From positions 62,001 to 126,000 of the forward strand of contig JAQGDQ010000254.1 of NCBI GenBank assembly GCA_030141605.1: 64,000 bases of DNA. The letters are read 5' to 3'. Source of the DNA: Tubiluchus corallicola (taxonomy: Eukaryota; Animalia; Priapulida). Shown here piece by piece: positions 27,319 through 38,783 of this stretch (its first letter is position 1; each line of letters begins with the position of its first letter). Below the pieces are notes generated by a model, which made no database searches, was not told the DNA's origin, and saw only the letters and a program-made list of their open reading frames with translations. Position numbers and translations under genes: made by a program.

Positions 27319-27473
27319 CTTTGTTCTTTCTTTTCTATATATTGGATGAGCCTGATAAATTCGAAATGGTTCCACTCCATTGTTATTCGTCCAAGGATGA
27401 TTCTCCACTTCCGGAAGGGTAGCTCTCATGCAGGCGCTTGGCTCTAGAAGCTGATGGAGGAGATTCTTGCACT
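27319..27473 (-). CDS. HUNK-like kinase exon 7 (ECKNLLHQLLEPSACMRATLPEVENHPW...RTK)
   Basis: Subdomain XI with invariant Arg and HPW; phase 1-0. Confidence 0.9.
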
Positions 27474-28257
27474 CTAGTTATAGAAAATAATATTTCTTGC
27501 AGAGTTAAGCCTGGTTCATTTGACGCGCTTTACAGTTTAACGGAGCACACACTTTGGAAAAAAACTGCGATACTGGTGTGCGACTTAAACGCCACCTTTC
27601 AGTTAGTCATTGATGAAAGAAAAATCCCAAAATAAGAGGCATACATAGAGTATAATTGTCATAAATTGTGTATATCCGCTGGGTATTGGTGACATTATTG
27701 AGCATTTGTGGGCGATATTGAGACCGAAAAAAATATCACACAATATAACGGACGAAATCAAAATCATAAACTAAACCAAACCATAAAATAAGATTGACTC
27801 GATAAAAACAAATGTGTTGCCCGTGCGTATGTCTGTTTAGTTGGGACTTTTATTTATTAGATGACTAACTAAAAGGTGTCACTCAAGTCACACACCAGCG
27901 ACACTTTTTTCTACGTTAAACCATGAAGCAGTAAAAGTAAAAATGCGTTAAAGTGTGAAACTAGTGAAAGTGCACTAACATGTTAAATGACGGTGACGGG
28001 TTAGCGATGATGATAATGAAGATGACGGTCAACTAGCACTGTTGTTGCATGCACATAGTTGCAAATGTTACAGTAAGAGTAATATTAGGAAAAAATTAAT
28101 ACCATTAATAACAACGACAGCGACAGCGACACCAACAACAACAACAATACTATTACGATGGTGATGATGGTGGTAGTGACAGCTGTGGCGGTGCAGTGTA
28201 TCGACTATAAGTTTTAAATTAATGACATAGTGGCTCGTTTCTGCTTCCGTTCGTATC

Positions 28258-28656
28258 CAGGGTGTTCCAAAAGTAACAGCACATTCACAAGTGCCATTAA
28301 CATACCAAAATTGCACAACACAACGCTCAATAAGTATGGTTATGCTTGTGCATATGGAACGCCAAGTGGAATTTATTGCTCGCTTTTGAATATTAATAAA
28401 TTAATTATGAATATTAGTAAATCAGTTTTACTATTCATAAATGATTTTTTAATATTATTAAATCAATTTTGAATATTCAAAATTGGTTTATTAATATAAA
28501 AAAACCATTAAATTCCACGTTGCCTTCCATATATGCATGTATTGCAATGTGAAAAAACCACGTTATTGCAATAATGCTTTACTAACACTACTTAACACTA
28601 CATTTCTTTCTAATTTTATCAGCATTTTTGCTGCACTATTCCTTTTGGAACACCCC
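28258..28656. mobile_element. Tc1/mariner-type MITE
   Basis: 14-bp perfect TIR GGGTGTTCCAAAAG/CTTTTGGAACACCC; the same terminus occurs at ~37516, ~52604 and ~53412. Confidence 0.65.
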
Positions 28657-28715
28657 ATGTCCCCTCCTCTTATGGCAAACGTGAAAAGGGCTATCTTTCC
28701 AACATTTCTGCTTAC

Positions 28716-28867
28716 CTGACGAAGCGCCCACTTGTGAGAGTTCACTCTCGTGTTTAAGAATCAGTCCCACCTGTATCTGTTTCATGAGTTTGTGGCGTCT
28801 GTGTTGTTCCCTCCTTGAGGACGTGAATGGCAAGCGCCCAGCAATCATTCCATACAAATTTATCCCT
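28716..28867 (-). CDS. HUNK-like kinase exon 6 (GINLYGMIAGRLPFTSSRREQ...GASS)
   Basis: Subdomains IX-X; gcgcag acceptor, G|GTAAG donor, phase 2-1. Confidence 0.92.
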
Positions 28868-28999
28868 CTGCGCAAAATTAAATGAAATCATTGCTCAGCA
28901 ACTGGAAAACCGTGTTGATACTAATAGAAAAGACAATCAACTGCCAAAGTACTAATAATGACAACGAAGACTTATTATTATTCTATTTACTATATATAT

Positions 29000-30040
29000 T
29001 AACATAAATACGTACATAATATACATAAATTCCCTCTATTTGCAGGGACCAGTATGAGCATTATTACAATAATTTAAGAAAATAATTACAATTATCCCTT
29101 TTAATATCACTGGTGACTATGATAACAGTAAAACGCTTATATACAAAAACATATCAACAACTACAAGCAATATAGCTAGATTTACATTTAAATTTATATT
29201 TACCTAATTTTGTAAATAACTCTTACTTTTATATTTTCATTGACGGGAAGTAATCTAATTATATAAAATGACAGTAACTGGACTTCACATTTTTAAAAAT
29301 AAACTCCACGTTTTTTCGGCTATATTTTCCTCTTTAGCATTTTTAACAATTTCTACAAACGCATTAATAGCATTTCTACTTCTTATTCTGTATATATCCC
29401 TAAGTTGCCTAGATGGGAGTGCAGTTTCAAGTTTCCTTCTGAGTTCGTCTTTTATTAGAGGACAGTTAAAAATTATATGTTCTGGCGTTTGGTTGTTTGC
29501 ATCGCATTTACACATATCAGTTTCTATCAGACCGATTCTATTGCTAAATTCATTACAACCTCTCCCTAATAATAAGTTGAAAGCAATGGTTTCAATAACA
29601 CGTTCATTTCTTGTTATTTGCAGATCTAAAGGTTTTGCGCAAACTTTAACTTCTTCAAAAGGGTTTCCAGCTAACTGGTTGCAATGCAACAGTTTTCTTT
29701 TCCGTAGAAACTCTAGGAATTTTTGACATTCTTTCTTTGTGTATTTTAAATTGTCTTGTGGAATTGACTGTAACATTTCATTTCGATTTGCGTTTAGACC
29801 TTTAATGGTTTTTAAGAATAATCTAGTCTTATTTAGGTGTTGAGTCAGGAAATGGTTCCAATATTCAGCACTGATGTAATTCTCATCCGCCTTAATTAAT
29901 TCTTTTCTGACTAAGTCACCTGCAGGTAAAGTAAGTAATTTCAAAACTGACTTAACAGATAAAACGGAATAAATAACATCCATTGATGGTAGTCCTGTAA
30001 TTAATTCAGTTTCAATTCTTGGAGGATTAAAACCTACTCC
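29000..30040 (-). mobile_element. 5'-truncated non-LTR retrotransposon with an intact C-terminal ORF
   Basis: Stop-free frame 29285-30106 with ELITGLPSMD and the C-x-C...H...C zinc knuckle (CKCDANNQTPEHIIFNC); lies in kinase intron 5. Confidence 0.75.
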
Positions 30041-30311
30041 TGTTGCCCTGGTACAATCATCAACAGAATAAGTATGCCACGTCGCTAACCCGATTCCGGC
30101 ATGCAACTAGCTCTTGTAGAGCCATAGGGCGGCCTGTAAAAATTGCCGTTACAAAAAAAATTTTTTTCATCATCATGATCATCTTCATAATTTTTAAAAA
30201 AATTCTTCAAATGTACGTTCTGTGTATAAATGTATTAATTTAAAAAACACTGCCGCATCATTGCTAACAAATGATTAGCAGTTTTTAGCTAAATAAATAA
30301 TCAACTAATTA

Positions 30312-30506
<195 letters not shown>

Positions 30507-31008
30507 TCATTCGTGGAATACCAGAAGTTCATTGGCGTTAAAATAACTGTGATTTTCAGCACAGTGAGTAAACTATAGACTATTAAACGGTTTAACTGTT
30601 GTCAAACCAGAAAACTAGTAATGTACAATTTCATGAATAACATTGGACATCATTAATTAAACATCCAACCAATTGACAAAAAAACAGATTAGCAGAAAAA
30701 TTAAATGGTCTAATTAGTGATAAAAAGATCTGTTAATATATTTAAAAAAATCAAAACTTATAAAAAAGTGCAACACATATTTTTAGTTTTTACTTATTAA
30801 AACTATAGTTTTAATTAAAACTTGCTATAGTTAGAACGAAATTGACAGAAATGAGTTTTGTCGAATTTTCAGTTTCATAATTTTCACGTCATATATGGGC
30901 TGGCCATAATAAGCACATAGTATGAAATGCTAAAAGCCTTCAAAAAGCCCCCTGCCGACTGGATTTCTCAAAATGGACGTTCCTTAAACCATTGACTGAT
31001 TGGCTTAC

Positions 31009-31067
31009 CTACTATCTTGATGCTTGTCTGACTGTCGTTCAGCATTATGTTTTCCATTTTTAAATCC
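31009..31067 (-). CDS. HUNK-like kinase exon 4 (DLKMENIMLNDSQTSIKIV)
   Basis: Completes the catalytic loop HRDLKMEN; tttcag acceptor, G|GTAAG donor, phase 2-1. Confidence 0.93.
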
Positions 31068-32199
31068 CTGAAATAAATAGTCTGATCACACAATTCTAGT
31101 ACTTCAATAACAACATTGATCATGGCGCATTAAGCGGTAAAAATCTCCATTTAAGTTCTAAATCCGAAATAGTTAGTCACGCTGCATACTGGCGAAACGG
31201 TTGCTTTTTTGCGTGTACGTAATTACGAAATTGGTTCCTACACTCCACAGCGCAATTGAAACGCCCTCAAAAAGGTCTAGTCACCTAATGCAGGCTAGGA
31301 ACTCTAATGTTTACTCGCAATAGCAAGTTTATCGGCGAATAACAACTTGCAGCCAACAATCAAACATGGCGGATAAACAATGTATGTTTTAGATTTCATA
31401 TGAAAACACAAAGTGTCTCGTTGTAAGTGTGAACGGCATACTTTCCTTTAGTAATTTTAATACGAGTACCACTATGCAGCTTGAGTATGAAAGACATAGA
31501 TTCAGAAAGGGCCCCCATTCATGAGGTCCAGGACCGTTTGCTTTCGGTCAGTCTGCAATATGTGATTCAAATAACGGTAATTTAGATTCAGATTCAAGTA
31601 ATAGTAAGATTAATGATAAATCAAGAATAACTCATTCAGTCGCTGCTACATCCAGCACTTGACACCGTTTTGCAATAGGCTAACGTTGTAATTCACCTAG
31701 TTTATTTCTCGGAAGTTAAAAATACCTATACTGTGTGAGCCAGACAGGAGTCTAGGAGTTTTCCCAGCAGGATTATGGACTAAAAGGCTGTTCGAAACGC
31801 ATAAAATAGCTGTCGGAATCGGCGTACAAACGGCGAAAATATGTTTACAATTTCCTAAAGTTGCCATTTCATTGGCAAGAGTGAAAGATAAAGAGGCGCC
31901 TTTGATCGGCTTAGGAAGTAGCGACTTCTTTTCTGCCCTGGGAGGCATTTTGACTCGAGATAGCATGAAAAATCCGCACTAAACTGATTCCAAAAAAGAT
32001 TTGAGGTGGAAGCAGGTGATTGAAGAAATAAGGATTGCTGAATTGAACAAAATTATCTGTAAGGAACCAATGTAAAATTGATTTTTGCAATTGATTTTTG
32101 TTGTTGCTCATGGTTTGAAAACGTGTTTGCGCATACAGAATTAGAATTAGAATTTTTATTCAATTTGTTATTAGAATTATTTATTTATTTCGGAATCTA

Positions 32200-33420
32200 G
32201 ACCATAGAACACAATCACGTGGATATAAGGATAAACACTACTAAAAACTAATCTAAAACGCATTTACAGTACGTGGGTATAAATACGCATTTACAAATAA
32301 AGTCCATTTGCTAAAAATATAGGAATTCATACTGATATCAGAATTGAAAAATCATTGTATTAAAATAATAATTATAGTACTAAATTAATCCAATAAATTT
32401 AAAAAAACAAACAGCTAATTACGTCGAAGCGCTTAATTTGCAAATTTACACACATTTGACTAGTGCTGAAATCATAGGGCCAAGAAAATAGCTTTCTTAT
32501 GGCGCGTTCAGACGTAGAGACTTCTCTCGCAAGTTGTTGCGCAACTTCTTTCTGAGAGCAAAGTTGCAACGTGTGAATGGTTTGGCAACGTCTCTCGCAA
32601 CTTGTTCCAAGGCTTGAATGGCTTGGCAACTTATCTCGCAACTTGTTGCGACGTGTGAACGGTTTGGCAGCTTCTCTCAGAGAAAAGTTGTGCATAAGTT
32701 GCGAGAGAAGTCTCTACGTCTGAACGCGCCATTATACACTTGTTATACGTAACTTTCACTTCTTTCATAACACAGGCATGGTAATTTCTCCACAATGGCA
32801 CACCATAAATACATGTGCAATAAACTTTAAACATTGTATCTTAACATCTTTAGTTCAAAATGAAAAGTTTCTAAAAAGAACGTTTGCTCTAGCAACAACT
32901 TGCTGTTGCAAACCTTTTGTTGTAAAAAAACTTTAGAAAACTCTTTGTATTTACAATGAAGAAAACATTTCTGTCTTCATTATCCTCATTATCGGAGGTA
33001 AAATTTATTATAATATGCCATAGATATTTATCCGAAAATACAGGTTTAGTTACAGAACCACCACTGCAATAAGTGTCAGCAAAAAGGTACCGATTTCTTA
33101 TTTTGTAAAGAAATTCTTAGTAGCTTTGTCTTCTACGAGTTCAAGATGACGTGATTAGCAAACATTTGGTACGCATCTAACAGAGTATTCATTGACCTCA
33201 CAGTATTAGAGATCAAACAAATATCATCAGCAAAAGAAAGATGATTCGCAAACAAACCATTAATATCCGACGACCAGTGTGAGTATTGTTTAAATTTACG
33301 CTCAGTCCACTAAATAGTCACAGAGATAAAATTCCTCCCTAACTTACATTGTTATAGCACTGAAAATTACTTGAAGTAAGTTTACCCCGTCGAATGCAAG
33401 ATTTTGATTAATATGTAAAC
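32200..33420 (-). mobile_element. Degenerate LINE RT remnant interrupted by a MITE
   Basis: GGILS, HLSFADDICL, FKVYCTCIYGVPLW and YNKCI|RKLF motifs; boundaries approximate. Confidence 0.78.
32500..32731. mobile_element. PIF/Harbinger (Tourist-like) MITE, 232 bp
   Basis: 33-bp perfect TIR TGGCGCGTTCAGACGTAGAGACTTCTCTCGCAA with TTA TSD at 32497-32499 and 32732-32734. Confidence 0.9.
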
Positions 33421-34020
33421 ATTAAAACAGGTAATCTAGTTTGTGTTTGTAAGCAACACAAGTGTTCAATACCATGTTTGCACTCACAAATAACTGAAAA
33501 ACAAACAATCTTGTTTATGCATAAAAACAGTGCAGAAGTCTTATACGTTGGGTTCGTTTAAAACAGTAGTTTTTGCAAATCGCTCTGATCAGCTATTCTT
33601 TTAGCTTTATAGAATGTGGAAGCCAACACAGTTGAGCTTGCTCATAAACAATAAAAGAAGCTAAGCACGTAATTTAGTTGCAGGGCTGGAAATGGGTCAG
33701 TAGATCACATCACGGACTGCCTCAGGCATTATTTTGCAATGGCTATTCGGGAAACGTAATATGCAGTACTTACGTATGTGACACAAATAAAAATACCTGA
33801 GTGGCCGGCTATTACGTTAGAGGCAGTTTTCGTCAAAAAGTTGACGCTTATTAATTTGCTTCCCACAAAATTTAATATTTTTTTAGAAAATTCTTTAAAA
33901 CTTTAAATTCAGTTTTGCCGACACCACCATTAGAAGTATTATACAAAACCTTAATTACTTATGGATTTAATTTTTCAATTGTTTCGTGCATGTAAACTTT
34001 CTAAATCCTACGTAGAACAA

Positions 34021-34828
34021 TCTATACTCTTATATTAATATTCTTGGTATATATATTTATTTATATATATATATAAGATTCGAGGCTACAGCCCGGACGA
34101 GGGCACCATTTGGGGCGATCTATAATCAAACGAAAGGTCTCGATCTAGTGTCGTGCCATTGATGGTTTATTTTTCCAATCGGGCCCACCGGGAGGAGGGG
34201 GGGGGCGAAAAACCTCCAAAAATGGCCCTTTTCGGCCGTTTTTTGCAAAACTTATACCTCTTATTTCTGAAGAACGGGAACGGGTCGAGGGTGGTACTGG
34301 GCATGGATAGATAGCCCGTTCAGCGGTGGGTGTAGTAGGCATATTTAGAATTCGCGAGAGGGCTAGGGCGCCCCGCAACGGGCGTTTTTCTGGACCCAAC
34401 TCGCGATTTTTTCGAAATTTCGGCCAAACAGCCTGCGGGAAAAACGTTCTAGCGGCGCCCGGTGGGACTCTGGGAAGGAGATATATAGCTCATCAGAAAG
34501 AGGAAGAACGGGGCTAAACGATGATGTGGGCTATATGTTAGGGCAGGTCCACCGAGAGGAGTATCAACGAGTTAATTAGATATTCTATTTTCGGCAATTT
34601 TCGCTTAGAAAATTGCTGACGCAAAGGCATTGTAGTGACGTCATCCATTGTACCCTACTCTGCTTATAACTTTAATTCAGCAAAAAGCTGCATGCTTTGC
34701 GTTAGTTAAACAAACAGTAGGCATGATGTTACGGGCTTTGTGTTATAAATGAGGACTAGGTAGGATGTTCGCGTATTATTGATTACACGTGTTTTTTTAC
34801 GCAAAATCTTTTGCGGGGCCTTTGCTAG
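34021..34828 (+). mobile_element. Non-autonomous Helitron, 808 bp
   Basis: A|TCTATAC 5' end, CGCAAAA-TC-TTTTGCG hairpin at 34800-34815, CTAG|T 3' end; GC-rich interior. Confidence 0.75.
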
Positions 34829-34989
34829 TTAAACAATTAAAACGAGAGTGAATAGTGTTAGAATATGGATTATTGTACAGGCTGGTTGGTCACGAGCGTA
34901 GTTTAAATAATGCCTAATTAATTAAATTCCCATAGGTCAGTTTGGCTAGTGGTCAAGATTTATGACCTACTTTTAAACCTGCTTAATAC

Positions 34990-35552
34990 CGATGCAAAAG
35001 TGTCATATGTGGAGTGCGCCCCTTCAAACGTATGAACACATTCTGAATAGTCCAAATTATATGATAGCAAGAAATAATATGTTTAACCAGCTTTTCATGC
35101 TTTATGGTGAAAATGATATTAGAAATTTACCAGTGAGAAATATTATAAATTTGTTACTTGATGGAGATGAAAATTTAAATTACGCTGATAAATGTAAAAC
35201 GTTTGATTGTTTACAGGTGTTTATAACTGAATCGAGACGTTTTAAATAATGATTACTGGAACTGATTAATAATATGTATTAATAAATATATATATTAATA
35301 TAACATTTTATATGTATAAACGTGTGATAAACCAGTTTTGTGCACATGGTACATGTTTAATTATTCACCATTTTACTTTTTGTATCTGCTAATACTAAGT
35401 TACTATAATAACTTTGAAAATATTGTTTATACTGATTTAGGTGTTACTGCAAACAGTTGAAAAATTTACTACGCGGGGAGTGCCCGCACATGAATTGTTA
35501 TAAATTTTTGGTATGAACTGTGTAATAAAATTGTATAAAATAAATAAAAATA
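34990..35552 (+). mobile_element. LINE 3' terminal fragment with A-rich tail
   Basis: LLLDGDENLNYADKCKTFDCLQVFITESRRF matches a typical CR1/L2-group ORF2 end; AATAAA/A-rich tail at 35524-35552. Confidence 0.72.
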
Positions 35553-36374
35553 ATCCTGCTTGGTTTTCCTTATATCGTCATGCAGAATCAAATCAAGCTG
35601 CTTGCAATTTCGGATTAAATGGCCATTGCAAGAATATAATTTGACCTAAAATAAATTTGCCCACAATTGAGTAATCCCAGCAAATATCGAATTAGCAAAC
35701 GTGGATATTTTTCGTTCGATATACTTTTTCTCTCTTGAATTTGTGCGAATGATTGGCGCGTGGGCGATAACGCAATCAGTGCAGGGCGATAAACTTCTCT
35801 GAGAGGAGAAGCCGCGAAATTCCCTGCACAGAAATTGCTCTCTCTAGTAGTGGCTTTCCAAAATGTATTGGTTCTAGGAATCGGTCTGTTTTACTCACTG
35901 TTATTAGAATAATCACGTAATACCAGGAAAGACCAAAGAAATCGCTTTGCATCATTCAGTTTGTTTTGTCTGGTATTACAATTAAAATGTACGACCGATG
36001 GCATGAAACTTTTGGAGTTTGATTATCGGCCATATAATCGGCAAAGTCAAGTACGACCTTTATCAATTACGTTATTTATACAAACCTACAAATTCTATAA
36101 ATTTTGGTTCCCCTGGTAGAAAATTTGTAAGTTTTCGGCAGTTCAAGCCTGCATCTGGTTAATCCCATTTGATCTACGATCATTTTTAATACGCCACGGC
36201 ACTTCGGAAGTTGAAATTCACCATTCGTAGGCTGTGCACACTTAATCTGGATGGTTGTGGTGGGATCGAAATCTAGTTCATTATCAAGGCTAATCGTCTA
36301 AAATCAGACACTGAACTTATAAGGGTATTTCGGCGATGTATGCTTGTCAGCACCTGGCCATAACCAGTAAGCAA

Positions 36375-36735
36375 TGTGAATGAAACGACATTTGCATCCC
36401 GCTGTCAATTGCTCATTCGCTGACCAACCTCGACATTGCTTAACTTCGGTTACAAAACACACATCGCGAGTCGGCGAGAGCTTGGCTATTCACTCTGCAC
36501 TAAAGGACAAAGGAAAAAAGGACAGAGACACTTATTTACCGTCACTGGGGCAACAGACAACATTAGCCATAGGCTACACGATTCTTCACGGATACAACAA
36601 CACTCACACGCCACAAATAAACAACACAGATAACAACTGGTTGCGCCAACACAGGTGGTCGTGAGATTCGAACTCGGGCTGCAATCAGAGAAGGACCCAC
36701 AGTCCGTTACCTTAACCACTCGGGCACCCGTACTG
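36375..36735 (-). mobile_element. tRNA-headed SINE
   Basis: A box TGCCCGAGTGG and B box GTTCGAATC with a Ser/Leu-type long variable arm; acceptor stem does not pair; followed by ~270 nt of body. Confidence 0.7.
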
Positions 36736-36922
36736 CACTAATATTTGAAGAGTTTAGCCTCAGACTATTTTAGATAAAATAATTTTTATAACAGGCATTA
36801 ATATTGAAAGTTTATACCTTCCCAACATTTACATTTCCTTTCGATTATAAACACATCAAAAATAAAAAATAATTAAAATAATATTAATATATAGTGTAAT
36901 ACAAGGCTGTAATGAAATGAAA

Positions 36923-37085
36923 TGTAATGCTGGCAGGGGAATACAGTAGACTTCTCAGGTGTGCATGTGGCTTTATCTAGCACAGACTCGTATTCTGACC
37001 GTCTGTTAGTAAAGGCCATTAGTCACGTGTACAGCTGAGCTTATAAAAGGGGAAGATCTGCTAGAGCGGAAAACAGTCCAATATA
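36923..37085 (+). mobile_element. Internally deleted copy of the 6370 LTR family
   Basis: Shares TGTAAT.CTGGCA.GGGAATACAG.AGACTTCT, TAGTCACGTG...CTGAGCTTATAAAAGGG and CAGTCCAATAT with 6370-6713. Confidence 0.65.
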
Positions 37086-37220
37086 AACTAGTTCCTCAGT
37101 TGTTAAACGATTAGTTGGCAAATCTTTAGTGTGACTTGCATTTCGTGTGACAATGAGTGTGGAGCCACCTATTGCCGAATTTTGTGACGCAGTAAGAAAC
37201 AATTAATCCTTAAAGTATAC

Positions 37221-37387
37221 CTGTGAATAACACCCCTGCCATGCATGTGGTGCAACGCTGATACCAACTGACAGAAGAACGTTCTTGCCGATGGTTCTGA
37301 GAGCCGCGCCGTCTGTTGGGACTTGATGAAATGAAGCAAATCGCCGCCTCCTGCGTACTCTGTCACTAGACAATACAATGTACCTGC
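37221..37387 (-). CDS. HUNK-like kinase exon 3 (AGTLYCLVTEYAGGGDL...GVIHR)
   Basis: Hinge EYAGGGDL and start of the HRD motif; ttttag acceptor, AG|GTATAC donor, phase 0-2. Confidence 0.93.
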
Positions 37388-37902
37388 CTAAAAGAAAAGG
37401 GCGTTCCAAATGGACGAATAAATCCGATTGCCGAAAAGCGCTGTAAACCGCTAGAGTTTTTTGTATAACATCTTAAGTACACAACTGAATACAAGACTAC
37501 ATTACTGAGTACTTACAGGGTGTTCCAAAACACATACTGTACTAGAAACATAACAAATGTGACAAAATGAACTTGGACTTCTGTAACATGACCTCATAAT
37601 AACGTTACAACAATGATGTTGTTTTTACATATTAGTACAATGCATATAACTATGTATAACCACTGTTATTGGATTTTGTATGGTGTAACATAGGAATGCT
37701 TATAGTATTTCTTAGAACACTGCTTCTTTTAGAGTAATTTATACAACTATGACATAAAGGACATTTCTTTACATACAGTGCGTACAGTGATGGTCTACAC
37801 ACGTTGTTTTTTATGTCCTTTACTTAGTGAAAACGGTACTGCAGCGACGTGGATGATTTGCACGATTCTGTACGATGTGTTGTAAATACAAAAGAAAATA
37901 TA

Positions 37903-38397
37903 ATAGTCTGGCAGACGGTCGGGTGAACCTTGAATTTTCGGAGGTAAGTTTTTTCTCAGTGGTTTTCTCATATTCTGATATTAAAGATGACCTTCTTTCA
38001 CCCTGGACTGGAGAAATTTCAGATATTGAATCAAACGTGTTGCACTAGAGAAGTATGTACTTATATGTTATAACAACCCAAAACTGACATGTTCAAGCAA
38101 ATGAAAACACCAAGTAAAGCAAAGCTAATATTTTTAACACAAAAGACATTAAAACAAATAAAGATTTATTAAATTTTTATACATTCCACAAAGAACTGTG
38201 TTCAATAATGACACCATAATCATTCAATTAGGCCCTGTAGTCGATTTTTTCTCAATGGTTCACGTGTTATTCCTTTCTTAATCCACTAAAGCATCACTTA
38301 ACTTGAAAGGGACTTATCAGAACATGAGAAAACTGCTGAGAAAAACACCCCGAAAATGCAAAAGTTCAACCAAAAATGGCTTCGGCAGCCGGACTAT
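37903..38397. mobile_element. Diverged MITE with ~80-90 bp imperfect TIRs
   Basis: TTTTCTCAGTGGTTTTCTCATATTCTGATA near 37950 pairs with TATCAGAACATGAGAAAACTGCTGAGAAAA near 38315. Confidence 0.65.
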
Positions 38398-38654
38398 AAA
38401 TGTTTTGCCGTAGCCTAATCTACCAATGGGTTTGGAGCGGCAGCATTTTTCAGGTTAACGCTCTTCGGGTTACATGTGTATGCGCCTCATCTTTTGTGTA
38501 TGTGATGCTACACAAAACATCATCTTGCAAAATTCAAAGGTTTTTATATATCTTATCGACCACGGGTTCTTTTAAACAGCTTCATGTGTTATTCGGAAGG
38601 TTAAAAATTTGCAAGTCTAAAATTGATAAATTGCAACTCTTCCTATGGTCTGAC

Positions 38655-38783
38655 CTTCAGGGTTTCGTACAGTCGAGCGACGTTTGGGTGCCTCAGTTGC
38701 CTCATTATCCTGGCTTCTCTGTGCATATTCCGTTGAACGTAATCTTCTTTTATCTTCTCCGTGTCAATTATTTTCACAGCCAC
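38655..38783 (-). CDS. HUNK-like kinase exon 2 (VAVKIIDTEKIKEDYVQRNMHREARIMRQLRHPNVARLYETLK)
   Basis: Subdomains II-IV (VAVK, alphaC Glu, HPN); AG/GT boundaries, 129 nt, phase 0-0. The DYVQRNMHRE segment resembles HUNK. Confidence 0.93.

Noticed and set aside
36652-36735. Functional tRNA gene (GTG at the anticodon position, long variable arm)
   Set aside because: Acceptor stem does not pair, the anticodon does not match the Ser/Leu-type body, and no poly-T terminator follows; treated as a SINE head.
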